Shown here: one piece after another, positions 19,559 through 29,362 of the stretch
Layout of the letters: each line of letters starts with the position of its first letter
Numbering within the stretch: the first letter of the stretch is position 1
Source: Alphaproteobacteria bacterium
Lineage (GTDB): Bacteria > Pseudomonadota > Alphaproteobacteria > Rs-D84
NCBI GenBank assembly: GCA_033345235.1
Contig: JAWPOC010000014.1
Span: forward strand, 137,085 to 201,084
Length of the DNA stretch: 64,000 nucleotides
Direction: 5' to 3'
Translations under genes and position numbers: made by a program
Notes under the pieces: model-generated
The model's database searches: none
What the model saw: the letters and a program-made list of their open reading frames with translations, nothing else
Told to the model about the DNA's origin: nothing

Positions 19559-20506
19559 ATGAAAGCGTATTTAGATATCTTAGATAACTGTCTGACACAT
19601 GGAACAATGTCTGGTAATCGAACTGGGATTGATACGGTGCGTATCCCATGGGGTGCGACATTTGAACATGATATGTCAACAGGGTTTCCTTTGGTTACGA
19701 CCAAGAAAATGGGGTTGAAAAACATTGCAACAGAATTGGAATTCTTTATCCATGGCATAACAGATAAAAAGTGGTTACAGGACCGTAATTGCCATATTTG
19801 GGACGAATGGGCGAATCCATCTGCGTGGAAACCATTGTACGAAGAAAAATTGGTTAAATTATCGGTTGGTAATTGGACACATGCCGTTGATAAAACTATA
19901 CGTGAAAATGCAATGAATACCGCACGTGATTTGGGCCCAATTTATGGATGGCAGTGGCGTCATTTCGGCGGTCAGTATAAATGGAATCCGGATGATCCGT
20001 CTGATAATTTTGAAAAGTCGGCCCCGGGTGTTGATCAACTGGCAAATGCAGTGGATATGATAAAGCGCGATAAAACCAATCGTCGTATTATCGTAAACGC
20101 GTGGAACCCAAAAGATCAACCGCAAATGGCATTACCACCATGTCATATTATGCATCAGGTTTTGGTGCATGATGGCAAATTACACTTGATTTGGACCCAG
20201 CGTTCATGTGATATGTTTTTGGGGATACCGTATAACATCGCGTCTTATGCATTGTTGCTGTTGTTATATGCCAAAGAAGCGGGGCTGACCCCTGGGGTAT
20301 TGCGTGGCGAATTGCATGATGTTCATATTTATGAAAATCATATCCCCCAAGTCAAAGAACAACTGTCGCGTACACCACATAAATTGCCGTCGGTTGAAAT
20401 ACCAGATGAAAATTGGCGTGGTATGCTGAAATGGCATGCCCAAGATGGTTTTAAATTAAAAGATTATGTTTGCCATGAACGCTTGCGTGGTGATGTTGCC
20501 AGATAA
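19559..20506 (+). CDS. thyA: Thymidylate synthase (ThyA, long form with insert)
   Basis: ..AYLDIL..HGT...NRTGIDT.. and the catalytic ..LPPCHIMHQ.. motif. Start at MKAYLD with an SD. Confidence 0.85.
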   Translation: MKAYLDILDNCLTHGTMSGNRTGIDTVRIPWGATFEHDMSTGFPLVTTKKMGLKNIATELEFFIHGITDKKWLQDRNCHIWDEWANPSAWKPLYEEKLVKLSVGNWTHAVDKTIRENAMNTARDLGPIYGWQWRHFGGQYKWNPDDPSDNFEKSAPGVDQLANAVDMIKRDKTNRRIIVNAWNPKDQPQMALPPCHIMHQVLVHDGKLHLIWTQRSCDMFLGIPYNIASYALLLLLYAKEAGLTPGVLRGELHDVHIYENHIPQVKEQLSRTPHKLPSVEIPDENWRGMLKWHAQDGFKLKDYVCHERLRGDVAR

Positions 20507-20606
20507 AAAATGCCCAAATGGGCATTTTTTTATTGAAAGTTTTTACAAATGCTTGCGCTGATTTTTATTAAATGATATAATACGTCAAAAGGAATATGGA
20601 CGGGGA

Positions 20607-21713
20607 ATGAAAAAGTTCAGTATTTTTGCCGTATTTTCTGGGGTTTTGTGCGCGTTGCCAACGCTGGTGGACGCGGCGTATCCTGTGTATTCTGGGTATC
20701 CAAATGTGAATGCGATGCCTGGGCAACAGATTATGGTGCCTCAACAACAAGTGCGTCCGACTGTTCTGCCGTCCCAAGCGTACAGTATGGGGTTGAATCC
20801 TGTTGTGGCGGCTCAGCCAACACGCGTAACGGGTGCTTTGCCACGTGTTGGGTCGACGCAAACAACTGCGGGGCGTCAATATTACCAGCCGGCTGATTAT
20901 GATCGCTTGGCAGACAGTGGTTTGTATGTTGGTTTGTCTGCCGCGTATAATGCGTCTGTTATGGGTGGGATTACTGCGGATTATACTGGTGCCGAAGATG
21001 GGTTTGCTGCCCCTGGGGCATTTAACAAGGCGGATTTTGATTCTGATACCGTTATTCCATTACAGTTGTCAATTGGTGCGGCAATAAATAACGACGTTCG
21101 TGTTGATTTTTCTTATTTGCGTTATTCTGGGTTGGCGTATCCTAAATCTGTTGAAACAGCCGACGGCGAAGGTGGATTTGTCGCGACACAAAACAGTGGT
21201 GGTGCGATAACTGCAAATACAACAATGTTGAATGTGTATTATAATATCGATACGTTCACAGGATATTTGGCGGGCGGTTCTTTGCGTCCATACGTTGGTG
21301 CGGGTGTTGGTATTTCGCTGAACACAATTGCGGACTATGTTGTTTATGACAGCACATTTTATTATGTTGAAGATGATATTTCTGGCTTGCCTGCGGGTAT
21401 ATTGACATCTATTTCTGATGTGACGGCTTATCATAATGGTGGTACGACCGAAGAATTAGCGTTTATGTTAGAAGGCGGGGTTACGACAGAATTAGAAGGC
21501 GGAATAAAATTAGATTTCTTTGTTCGTTATGCGAACTTGGGCGAAGTGAAAACATCAGGCAGTATTGTTGTGTCTCAGATTGACTGGTTGTCAGACGGTG
21601 CTGGGAATGAGCAGCAGGCCCCATATGACAGTGTGTATCACTATACCAATTGGTATGAAAGTGGACGCCTGGGATTGGTTGATGTTGGATTGCGTCTGAG
21701 ATTACAATTCTAA
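20607..21713 (+). CDS. Outer-membrane beta-barrel protein (OMP_b-brl/Omp25-like family)
   Basis: Signal peptide ..TLVDA|AY, ..RPYVGAGVGISLN.. motif, C-terminal ..LRLQF. Confidence 0.65.
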   Translation: MKKFSIFAVFSGVLCALPTLVDAAYPVYSGYPNVNAMPGQQIMVPQQQVRPTVLPSQAYSMGLNPVVAAQPTRVTGALPRVGSTQTTAGRQYYQPADYDRLADSGLYVGLSAAYNASVMGGITADYTGAEDGFAAPGAFNKADFDSDTVIPLQLSIGAAINNDVRVDFSYLRYSGLAYPKSVETADGEGGFVATQNSGGAITANTTMLNVYYNIDTFTGYLAGGSLRPYVGAGVGISLNTIADYVVYDSTFYYVEDDISGLPAGILTSISDVTAYHNGGTTEELAFMLEGGVTTELEGGIKLDFFVRYANLGEVKTSGSIVVSQIDWLSDGAGNEQQAPYDSVYHYTNWYESGRLGLVDVGLRLRLQF

Positions 21714-21761
21714 AAAATCATACCAGACATTGTCTGGTTATGTATTTACAAGAGAGAGAGT

Positions 21762-23432
21762 ATGAAGCGTACTTATATCAGTTTATTTTGTTCAATGGCG
21801 GCAGTTTTGCCCAGTGCGTCCATCGCAGGTATTCGTGTTGGAAACGCAACGCGCGCATATCAACAGATGAACCAGATGCGATATGAGGCAGAAAATTACA
21901 ATAATGCTGCGGCTGCAACGACTTTGCCGATTAATGTTACTGATGCAAATTTGGCGCAACAACTGCAAAGCGGTAATACCAGTTCCGGTGTAACGGTTGA
22001 TATGTTGGATAACTGTGCAATGATTTATCCAAACGGTGTTTTTGAATGGGCGCGCCCAACGGCTGGAACCAAAAGGAACAGTGCACCAATGTGTACGGCT
22101 GTGGTTGAATTGCGCGCATATCAGGCGGCACAAGATGGATCTGATTTGGTTGTTGCACGTGTAAATCTGGCTGCGGGTGATGCGGTAAAGTGCAATATTT
22201 CCGCGTTTCCAGCCATGTCGCATTTGCAGGCCGCAGGAAATGTTACGTTTCCATCTGATCGCGAACCAACTGTCGAAGATGTTATCGAGGTTATGAATGA
22301 AGAACAAAAACAAAATGCGGTATTAAAGATACTTGGTGGCGCAATAATTGGTGGGTTTGGTGGTAATCTGACCGGTAAAAATGATGCTGGCAAAGACAGT
22401 ATGCTGGGGACAGACAAAGATAAAATGAAAAATACAGCCATTGGCGCAATTGGTGGGGCTGCATTAATGGCAGGCAGTACATACAGCGGCAAGGTTGCAG
22501 GTGATATGATTTTATCAACTGGTATAAATGCCGCCGCAGGCAGTGTTGTTGGAAATGTTGTTGCGTCTGGGGATTCTGTGTTGCGAATTGAAAATTGTAC
22601 CGTAGGAGGGGTTACACAAACGTGTCTGTGGGGGTATTACAGGGAAACTGGTCAACAAGCCGATGACAAAACAGCTTATGTATCCCAGACAAATATTCGG
22701 TCTTTTAAACTTTGTAAAGATGGTGATGAAAACGCAAAGTGTGAAAATGCCAACCTGACAGGTGTAAAAATAGATGACTATAAAGACGTAACTAATGTTG
22801 GGACAAACACCGCGATGGATTTAGAAGATATGTTTAAAGACAAATTCAGCAGGGTGAGTGAAAATAACAAATATTGCTACACCAAGGGCAAAATGGAACA
22901 AAGGGGTTATGATGACTGTGGTGATGGCGAAATGTATATTAAGTTAGATGAGTATAGCATAATAACAAATCGCAAGCCTGCAATGTTGGTCGGTGTCAAA
23001 GACAAGGGCTTTGGTTATAAAAAGACCGATTGGGACAAAAATAAATCGAATTATAATAATTACACAATTGTCGGACGTTCCGGCAAAGGCGAAGCGGCCA
23101 GCTTGAATGTGAAAGGTCCCGACAGCAAATATCAAGATTCGTTTGCATTTAATGGTGATAACTTTGAACCGATGTATCTGGATGCCGAAGATGGTGGTAT
23201 TATCGATATGGATAACAAGGCGCGTTTGACCAGTACTTTGACTGGGGCTGGGGTTGGTGGTGCAATGGGTGCTTTTTCGGCATACCAAGGCGCCCAGGAC
23301 GAGATAACTCAGCGTTGGTTGGCCGAAGTACAGGCGTACAAAGATTCTTTGAACAAGTTCTATTGTGCGACTGGTAATCGTTTCTTGTCCAGATATAATG
23401 ACGAAACAGTGATACCGTTAATGACAGAATAA
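21762..23432 (+). CDS. Secreted protein with Gly-rich segments, unknown family
   Basis: Signal peptide ..SASIA|G. Gly-rich ..ILGGAIIGGFGGNLTG.. and ..AIGAIGGAALMAG.. segments. C-terminal domain shared with the fragment at 7266-7544. Confidence 0.5.
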   Translation: MKRTYISLFCSMAAVLPSASIAGIRVGNATRAYQQMNQMRYEAENYNNAAAATTLPINVTDANLAQQLQSGNTSSGVTVDMLDNCAMIYPNGVFEWARPTAGTKRNSAPMCTAVVELRAYQAAQDGSDLVVARVNLAAGDAVKCNISAFPAMSHLQAAGNVTFPSDREPTVEDVIEVMNEEQKQNAVLKILGGAIIGGFGGNLTGKNDAGKDSMLGTDKDKMKNTAIGAIGGAALMAGSTYSGKVAGDMILSTGINAAAGSVVGNVVASGDSVLRIENCTVGGVTQTCLWGYYRETGQQADDKTAYVSQTNIRSFKLCKDGDENAKCENANLTGVKIDDYKDVTNVGTNTAMDLEDMFKDKFSRVSENNKYCYTKGKMEQRGYDDCGDGEMYIKLDEYSIITNRKPAMLVGVKDKGFGYKKTDWDKNKSNYNNYTIVGRSGKGEAASLNVKGPDSKYQDSFAFNGDNFEPMYLDAEDGGIIDMDNKARLTSTLTGAGVGGAMGAFSAYQGAQDEITQRWLAEVQAYKDSLNKFYCATGNRFLSRYNDETVIPLMTE

Positions 23433-23460
23433 AAAAAACGCCCGTTTGGGCGTTTTTTTA
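23432..23460. terminator. Bidirectional rho-independent terminator
   Basis: aaaaaacgcccgtttgggcgttttttt, with A-run and T-run on either side. Confidence 0.6.
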
Positions 23461-24819
23461 TGCTTTTACAATTTCCAGTATTTTATTTGTGATATCATCA
23501 ATGGCGACGCGTTCTTGAGCCATTGTGTCACGATGACGCAATGTAACAGTGCCATCTTCCATTGTTTGGTGGTCAACAGTTATACATACTGGTGTTCCGA
23601 TTTCATCGTGTCTGCGATAGTTTTTACCAATGTTACCAGAATTTTCCAGTTCAATACGACCAACGCCCAATTTGCGCAAGTTCGCCACAATATTATTTGA
23701 TATATCTAATAATTCTGGGACGTTACGTGCCAATGGTATAACCGCCGCTTTGACTGGTGACAGTGCAGGGCGCAACTTTAACACAGTGCGTGTTTTGCCA
23801 TCACCTAAATCCTCTTCGTTATATGCTTCTAACATAACGGCCAACATGGCACGATTTACACCCATTGCTGTTTCAATAACGTATGGGATAAAGTTTTCAC
23901 CACTTTGTGGGTCTGAATAAGACAGTTTTGTTGTGCTGTCTTTGTTTTCAATTACGTTTGCATTTATCTTGTATTCATTTTGCGCCTTGGTATGAGAACC
24001 CAAATCAAAGTCTTGTCTGTTGTGAATGCCTTCGACTTCGTCAAATCCGTCTGGGAATTCGTATTCAATATCATATGCAGCCTTGGCATAATGTGCCAAT
24101 TTATCGTGTGGTGCAAAGCGTAATTTATCAGCAGGAATTCCCAATACATTTATCCACCAAGCCATACGTTCATCCATCCACATTTTATGGAATTTTTCAT
24201 CATCTGAAGGATTTACAAAGTATTGCATTTCTGCCTGTTCAAATTCGCGCATACGAAATACGAATCCGCGTGGTGAAATTTCATTCCGGAATGCCTTGCC
24301 AATTTGGGCAATACCAAATGGTAATTTATGTGGGCGTGCGTCCAACACGTTTTTAAAGTTAGTATATGTTGTCGTGGCTGTTTCTGGACGCAGATATGCA
24401 TTTATTGCGCCATCAGCCGTTGCACCAATAGACAGCCCCATCATCAATTGATATGCGCGTGGTTCTGTGATATCAGTACTGCCACAATTGTCACATTTTG
24501 ATTGGTCTTTCATTTTGTCTTGGCGCATACGTGTGCCGCATTTTTTACATTCAACCAATGGGTCTGAAAAACCGGCCTCATGTCCAGAATATTTCCATAA
24601 TAATCTGTTAGTAATTAATGCCGCTTCCAGTCCTTCGATATCGTCACGTGAATAAATCATCGAATTCCACCATGCGTCGCGAATGTTCTTCATTAATTCA
24701 ATACCGTATGGGCCATAGTCATAAGTACCACCCAAACCACCATATATTTCAGAACCTGTGAAAATAAAACCACGACGTTTGCATAGTGCAACAATATCAT
24801 TAACTGTTTTTGCTGGCAT
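23458..24819 (-). CDS. glyQS: Glycyl-tRNA synthetase, dimeric (alpha2) type
   Basis: ..RRGFIFTGSEIYGGLGGTYDYGPYGIEL.. class-II motifs. ~450 aa single chain with no separate beta subunit. Confidence 0.8.
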   Translation of the reverse strand: MPAKTVNDIVALCKRRGFIFTGSEIYGGLGGTYDYGPYGIELMKNIRDAWWNSMIYSRDDIEGLEAALITNRLLWKYSGHEAGFSDPLVECKKCGTRMRQDKMKDQSKCDNCGSTDITEPRAYQLMMGLSIGATADGAINAYLRPETATTTYTNFKNVLDARPHKLPFGIAQIGKAFRNEISPRGFVFRMREFEQAEMQYFVNPSDDEKFHKMWMDERMAWWINVLGIPADKLRFAPHDKLAHYAKAAYDIEYEFPDGFDEVEGIHNRQDFDLGSHTKAQNEYKINANVIENKDSTTKLSYSDPQSGENFIPYVIETAMGVNRAMLAVMLEAYNEEDLGDGKTRTVLKLRPALSPVKAAVIPLARNVPELLDISNNIVANLRKLGVGRIELENSGNIGKNYRRHDEIGTPVCITVDHQTMEDGTVTLRHRDTMAQERVAIDDITNKILEIVKA

Positions 24820-24917
24820 AATTTAATCCCCTAATTTTTGTAACGGAACATATATTATACAGTTTTTATCTTTTTACAATAAAAATATAAAAAAAATCCC
24901 CCAAATGGGGGAATGTT

Positions 24918-25100
24918 TTATTGTGCGTCTGGTGCGATTGCGCCAACAGGACAAACCGCTGCGCATGTTCCGCAAGAAATGCATTTTGCCGGATCAATTA
25001 CACATTTACCATCTGCACCAATTGAAATAGCCGCCACAGGACACATTCCCATACATGTATGACAGCCGATGCATTGATTTGGATTAATTTTATAGACCAT
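24918..25100 (-). CDS. 2x[4Fe-4S] ferredoxin
   Basis: Two CxxCxxCxxxCP motifs (CIGCHTCMGMCP; CISCGTCAAVCP). Confidence 0.8.
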   Translation of the reverse strand: MVYKINPNQCIGCHTCMGMCPVAAISIGADGKCVIDPAKCISCGTCAAVCPVGAIAPDAQ

Positions 25101-25120
25101 TTTTTTACCCCTTGTAGTTT

Positions 25121-25876
25121 TTATTCACGATTAAACAGACTTAACAGATATTGGAACATCGCGATAAATGATATATACAAATGCAATGCGCCCAACACTG
25201 ACAGTTGGTTTTTCTGTGTTTCGTCACCCAATACAGCATACGCGCGCTTTAGATTTTGCATATCGTACGCGGTGAACAAAGCAAAGACCAATACACCAAC
25301 AAAAGATACAAATGCGCCAAAACCGCCGCCCAGCATTGTTGGCCAAATAAATGATAACAGGCCGATAATAATTAAGCCAATCATACCCATCATTAAAAAG
25401 ATTCCCATAAATGACAGGTCTTTGACAGTCTTGTAACCAAATAAAGCCATACATGCAAACATCAATGATGCGATGATAAATGCGTTCAGTATTGATGCAG
25501 GATTCACAGTCAAAGCCACTGCAATCAAAGGTGTCATTGTAACGCCAATCAGAATAGCGTACAGACCTAACAATAATGCGCCTGTGGCAGGCTTTATATG
25601 AAATGCGCGAACCTGCGCCCATATCGACAGTCCCAGTCCACCAAACAACAGTACATAATACAGCCCAGACATACCGCCTGTATTCATATTAAACAAATAC
25701 GGCAAGCCACCACCCCATATTGTTAAATATGCCGCCAATGCAGTCATTCCAACCGCCCCGAACATAGACGCAAAAATGCGTTTCAAATATAAATCAATAC
25801 CACTGACGCTGTTTTGTTTGCCAGCGCCAATATGGCGCGCAGTTGTGTCTTTGACGATTTGTTTTCGTGGTGCCAT
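25121..25876 (-). CDS. Bax-inhibitor-1/YccA-family membrane protein
   Basis: 7 TM helices, ~250 aa, conserved C-terminal charged tail. Confidence 0.7.
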   Translation of the reverse strand: MAPRKQIVKDTTARHIGAGKQNSVSGIDLYLKRIFASMFGAVGMTALAAYLTIWGGGLPYLFNMNTGGMSGLYYVLLFGGLGLSIWAQVRAFHIKPATGALLLGLYAILIGVTMTPLIAVALTVNPASILNAFIIASLMFACMALFGYKTVKDLSFMGIFLMMGMIGLIIIGLLSFIWPTMLGGGFGAFVSFVGVLVFALFTAYDMQNLKRAYAVLGDETQKNQLSVLGALHLYISFIAMFQYLLSLFNRE

Positions 25877-25963
25877 TTTTTTCTCCTTGTTAATTTGATA
25901 TAAATATAATAAAATCTATTATGTTTTCAAGATAAATAATAAATAAAAAATAAGGTGAATATT

Positions 25964-26215
25964 ATGGCATTTGTTATAGACAAGGTTAGAGGAAGATTGG
26001 GTCCAAGTAAGGCGTCAAAGGATGATAATGATTGTTTGGATTCCAAGGCCGCAGCTCGTGAAGCAAAAGAAAACACAAAAGCGCAACTGGAAAAACTGGG
26101 TGCAGAATTAAAGAAAGCACGTGAAAGCAAATACCCAGATGCAAAATTTATCGCAAGTCTGGAAAAGAAGTACGCAGCAATGGAATTGGTTGCCAAGATT
26201 CAAGAATCCAGATAA
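25964..26215 (+). CDS. Small hypothetical charged protein upstream of lgt
   Basis: ATG at 25964 with SD aaggtg. Lys/Glu-rich, predicted helical. Confidence 0.35.
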   Translation: MAFVIDKVRGRLGPSKASKDDNDCLDSKAAAREAKENTKAQLEKLGAELKKARESKYPDAKFIASLEKKYAAMELVAKIQESR

Positions 26216-26221
26216 TAACAA

Positions 26222-27028
26222 ATGGCGATAATTATCAATCCAATTTCACCAGTCGCATTTTCTGTGTTTGGATTGGAAGTGCGCTGGTATGCGCTGGCAT
26301 ATGTTGTCGCGTTTGTGATTGGTTTTATGTTTTTTAAAAAAATTATCAATCGCCCCGATAGTGTATTAAAAATATCTGCAAAACAATTGGATGATTTGTT
26401 AACGGCGGTTGTTTTTGGTGTCATTATCGGGGGGCGATTGGGTTATGTTCTATTTTATAATTCTGGGTATTATTTTTCGCATCCCTTAGAGATATTTGCA
26501 CTGTGGCATGGCGGAATGAGTTTTCATGGTGGTTTGATTGGTGTGATTGCGTCGATATTCTTGTTTGCGCGTAAAAATCGTGTAAATGGATGGGCGGTAT
26601 TGGATGTAATGTCTGTTATTACGCCAATTGGTCTGTTTTTTGGTCGAATTGCAAACTTTATTAATCGTGAAGTAATGGGGCGTCCCACAGACGTGCCATG
26701 GGGGGTTGTTTTTAATGGTGATGTGTCAATTCCTCGCCACCCCAGTCCACTGTACGAAGCCGCAACCGAAGGATTGTTGCTGTTTATAATTATGTATTGT
26801 TTGTACAGATATACCACGTTAAGAAATCGTCCTGGTGCAATCGCAGGTATTATGGGAATGTTATATGCTGTATTTCGTGTGTTCTGTGAATATTTTCGTG
26901 CGCCAGATGCACATATAGGCTTTTTGACATCATGGGGATTGACCATGGGACAATTATTGTCTGGGATAATGTTCGTTGCGGGTGCTGGAATTTTTGCTTG
27001 TGCGATGAAACGCAATAAATTAAAATAA
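26222..27028 (+). CDS. lgt: Prolipoprotein diacylglyceryl transferase
   Basis: Multi-TM protein with Lgt signature regions (..HGGMSFHGGLIGV.., ..GRIANFINREVMGRPTDVPWGVVF..). Confidence 0.85.
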   Translation: MAIIINPISPVAFSVFGLEVRWYALAYVVAFVIGFMFFKKIINRPDSVLKISAKQLDDLLTAVVFGVIIGGRLGYVLFYNSGYYFSHPLEIFALWHGGMSFHGGLIGVIASIFLFARKNRVNGWAVLDVMSVITPIGLFFGRIANFINREVMGRPTDVPWGVVFNGDVSIPRHPSPLYEAATEGLLLFIIMYCLYRYTTLRNRPGAIAGIMGMLYAVFRVFCEYFRAPDAHIGFLTSWGLTMGQLLSGIMFVAGAGIFACAMKRNKLK

Positions 27029-27172
27029 AATTGCAACCAAAGGGGGAATTTATGGCATTTAAAATAATCTTAGAAGATGACACCCAAGACTAATGTTATA
27101 CAAATTAAGTATGTGACAAATTGTCAGGAGATGTACCATGGGTGTAGAAGTATAAGATTTTTATGTAAAATA

Positions 27173-27250
27173 AAAGCCCGTTCGGGCTTTTATTTTTTGT
27201 GTCACAGATTTAAATAGGTCAGTTTTGTTGAATAATACTTTGCGGTACTT
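27173..27250 (+). repeat. 72-78-bp direct repeat copy A (terminator hairpin plus remnant of NUDIX 3' end)
   Basis: aaaagcccgttcgggctttt..tcagttttgttgaataatactttgc matches 29288-29362 with ~5 mismatches. Confidence 0.8.
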
Positions 27251-27454
27251 ATCAGCCCTTTTTTGTTTTGGGGCTATCATTTAAAATCAAAAACTAAAAA
27301 TCAGTAAATATAACGCGTTTGTATTATAAATCGGGATGTGTATATAATATTTTTATAACAAATACCTATGAAAATAGCCATAAGGAATCAACTTGTCTAT
27401 ATATTAATATGCTTTAAAAATCGATTAACGTAATATACAGCAAGGAATATGCGG

Positions 27455-27483
27455 TTGACTTTATACCTCAAGTACTGTAACAT
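27455..27483 (+). promoter_or_regulatory. Candidate sigma70 promoter (TTGACT-17-TAACAT)
   Basis: ttgact at 27455-27460 and taacat at 27478-27483. Drives the GC-rich leader toward the gene at 27731. Confidence 0.35.
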
Positions 27484-27489
27484 AAACAT

Positions 27490-27706
27490 CGAGTCCAAGA
27501 GATTGGGTTCGGGGCTGTGATAAGCCTGTCCATGTTCGGTGCGAAAGCGTCGTTATTGTGATGTTTCGGTGTTTTTGCGCCGTTATTATCCCTGACTGTT
27601 ATGTCGGGGGGCTGTGGGTATACAATACAGGTTACTGGAAAACCACAGAGTCATTAACATGGATGATTTATCAACTCCCCGACCGCCGATTTCTGTGGCG
27701 GTTTTA
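27490..27706 (+). ncRNA. Candidate ~215-nt structured leader or sRNA (promoter to intrinsic terminator), unclassified
   Basis: Locally GC-rich (ggggctgtg.. repeated twice, gcGAAAgc tetraloop-like element). Ends in a ccgcc-gatttctgt-ggcgg-tttt terminator 25 nt before the SD of 27731. Confidence 0.3.
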
Positions 27707-27730
27707 GAATAAAAGAACAGGGGGAGCTAA

Positions 27731-28519
27731 ATGAGATACTCTTTATCTTTGGTCGCATTATTTGTCTATAGCGTTGCTTTTGCAAAAACAGAAACTATAA
27801 ACTGGTATGTTGAAGACGGCCTTTATACAACCACAACCTGTGAAACAGGTTCTGATATAAATTTGCCGACACCGCCTACAAAATATGGTTACACCTTTAT
27901 CGGGTGGAGTGGCGACTTTACACCCGTAGAATATGTTGAATCCACTGGTACACAATACATAGATACAGAATGGAATTTAACTGATACTCAACTTGATTTC
28001 GAGATAGATGTGACTTTTGCCAAAGGCGCTGATTCACAAAACAATTACGCCGTCATTGCTGGGGTTAATTTAGGTGCCAGTGGTGAAAAACAATATTATC
28101 TGCTGCAATATTATGAAACATCTACGAATTTAGTATCTGTTTGCAACGCAGACAGAACGAACAAAATTAATTTTTCCATAGATGAAAATGCGATAAATTC
28201 TTTTAATATCAAGTATAGCGATTCTAAAACAACTGTAACATATACTAACACAGGCGAAACACAATACGCAGAAAACACAATACATGACAGAGGTAATTAT
28301 AATTTATATTTGTTTGCTTCGAACACTTTAAAAGGTGCGCAACAGTTTTCAAAAATTAGACTTTATTCTTATTCTATTAAAGTAAACGGCGAACTTGTTC
28401 GTGATTTTATTCCAGTTATAGACAAAAACGATGTGCCTTGTTTATACGATCGCATCGAAGGTAAATTACACTATAACGCAGGGACAGATTTGCTTATTGC
28501 GGGGCCAATTAAACAATGA
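27731..28519 (+). CDS. Secreted protein with N-terminal Listeria-Bacteroides (Flg_new-like) repeat and beta-rich C-terminal domain
   Basis: Signal peptide ..SVAFA|KT. ..NLPTPPTKYGYTFIGWSGD.. matches the Flg_new repeat consensus. Confidence 0.5.
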   Translation: MRYSLSLVALFVYSVAFAKTETINWYVEDGLYTTTTCETGSDINLPTPPTKYGYTFIGWSGDFTPVEYVESTGTQYIDTEWNLTDTQLDFEIDVTFAKGADSQNNYAVIAGVNLGASGEKQYYLLQYYETSTNLVSVCNADRTNKINFSIDENAINSFNIKYSDSKTTVTYTNTGETQYAENTIHDRGNYNLYLFASNTLKGAQQFSKIRLYSYSIKVNGELVRDFIPVIDKNDVPCLYDRIEGKLHYNAGTDLLIAGPIKQ

Positions 28520-29289
28520 TGAAAAAAATATATTTTATTTCCGTCATCTTATACACAAGTGCGACATATGCGTACTACACAGATGACATAGACAATCTAT
28601 GCGGGCTTAATAATAATTTATATGCCGTATTTGAAGCCAATAAATATACATGTATGCCCGGTGAATTTTTGCCTGCAAATACTTTTGGGTGTCGCATATG
28701 TCCAACAGACTATACTTGTTTAGGCGGAACGTTCGCTTTTAAAGAGCAACACAACCAAGGGTTATCAATAGCAAAATTGTTTTTACATGATTTAACCGAT
28801 GTATGTGCAGAAAATGCGCCTCATTATTTCAAAGCGATATTCAAACCAAATACACATACGTGTTTACCTGGTTATTATTTGCCTGCAAATATAGATGAAT
28901 GTCAAGCTTGTAAAAATAATAATTATTGTATTGGTGGTACATACAGTTTTAATGAAAAACTTACTCAAGGTATATACCCATGCCCTGATGAGCATCCATA
29001 TGCTCCAATTGGAATGTGGCAAGAGTCGCAATGTGGACGTAAATTGCATATTGGTTCTGACACTTTGTACGTGCACCAACAACCAGCAAACCCTACACAA
29101 CGACGATTATTTATCAGATTCGATAACACAAATTATTCTGCAAATATTGTTATGCGTGATACAAATTCAACGTACGTCCCAAAAATGTCTTTTGGCGCCA
29201 AGTACGGATTACATTTGTTAATAAAAGATATTGTCAACGGTCAAGAATTATTACGAGAATATCTGGTACATGATGATTCTGTAAAATAA
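28516..29289 (+). CDS. Secreted protein with two ~40-aa Cys-rich repeats (furin-like/GCC2_GCC3-like)
   Basis: Signal peptide ..TSATYA|YY. Repeats C.PG.[FY]LPAN...C..C......C.GGT[FY][AS]F occur twice. Confidence 0.5.
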   Translation: MMKKIYFISVILYTSATYAYYTDDIDNLCGLNNNLYAVFEANKYTCMPGEFLPANTFGCRICPTDYTCLGGTFAFKEQHNQGLSIAKLFLHDLTDVCAENAPHYFKAIFKPNTHTCLPGYYLPANIDECQACKNNNYCIGGTYSFNEKLTQGIYPCPDEHPYAPIGMWQESQCGRKLHIGSDTLYVHQQPANPTQRRLFIRFDNTNYSANIVMRDTNSTYVPKMSFGAKYGLHLLIKDIVNGQELLREYLVHDDSVK

Positions 29290-29362
29290 AAAGCCCGTTC
29301 GGGCTTTTGTTTTTTGTGTCAAAGATGTAAATATGTCAGTTTTGTTGAATAATACTTTGCAA
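29288..29362 (+). repeat. 72-78-bp direct repeat copy B (overlaps the NUDIX gene 3' end)
   Basis: Matches 27173-27250. Confidence 0.8.

Noticed and set aside
27490-27706. Possibility that the GC-rich leader is tmRNA (ggggctg.. start)
   Set aside because: No tRNA-like T-arm/CCA end, and no tag-peptide ORF ending in ..AA with a stop in any frame. The similarity to the tmRNA 5' end is limited to the ggggctg heptamer.
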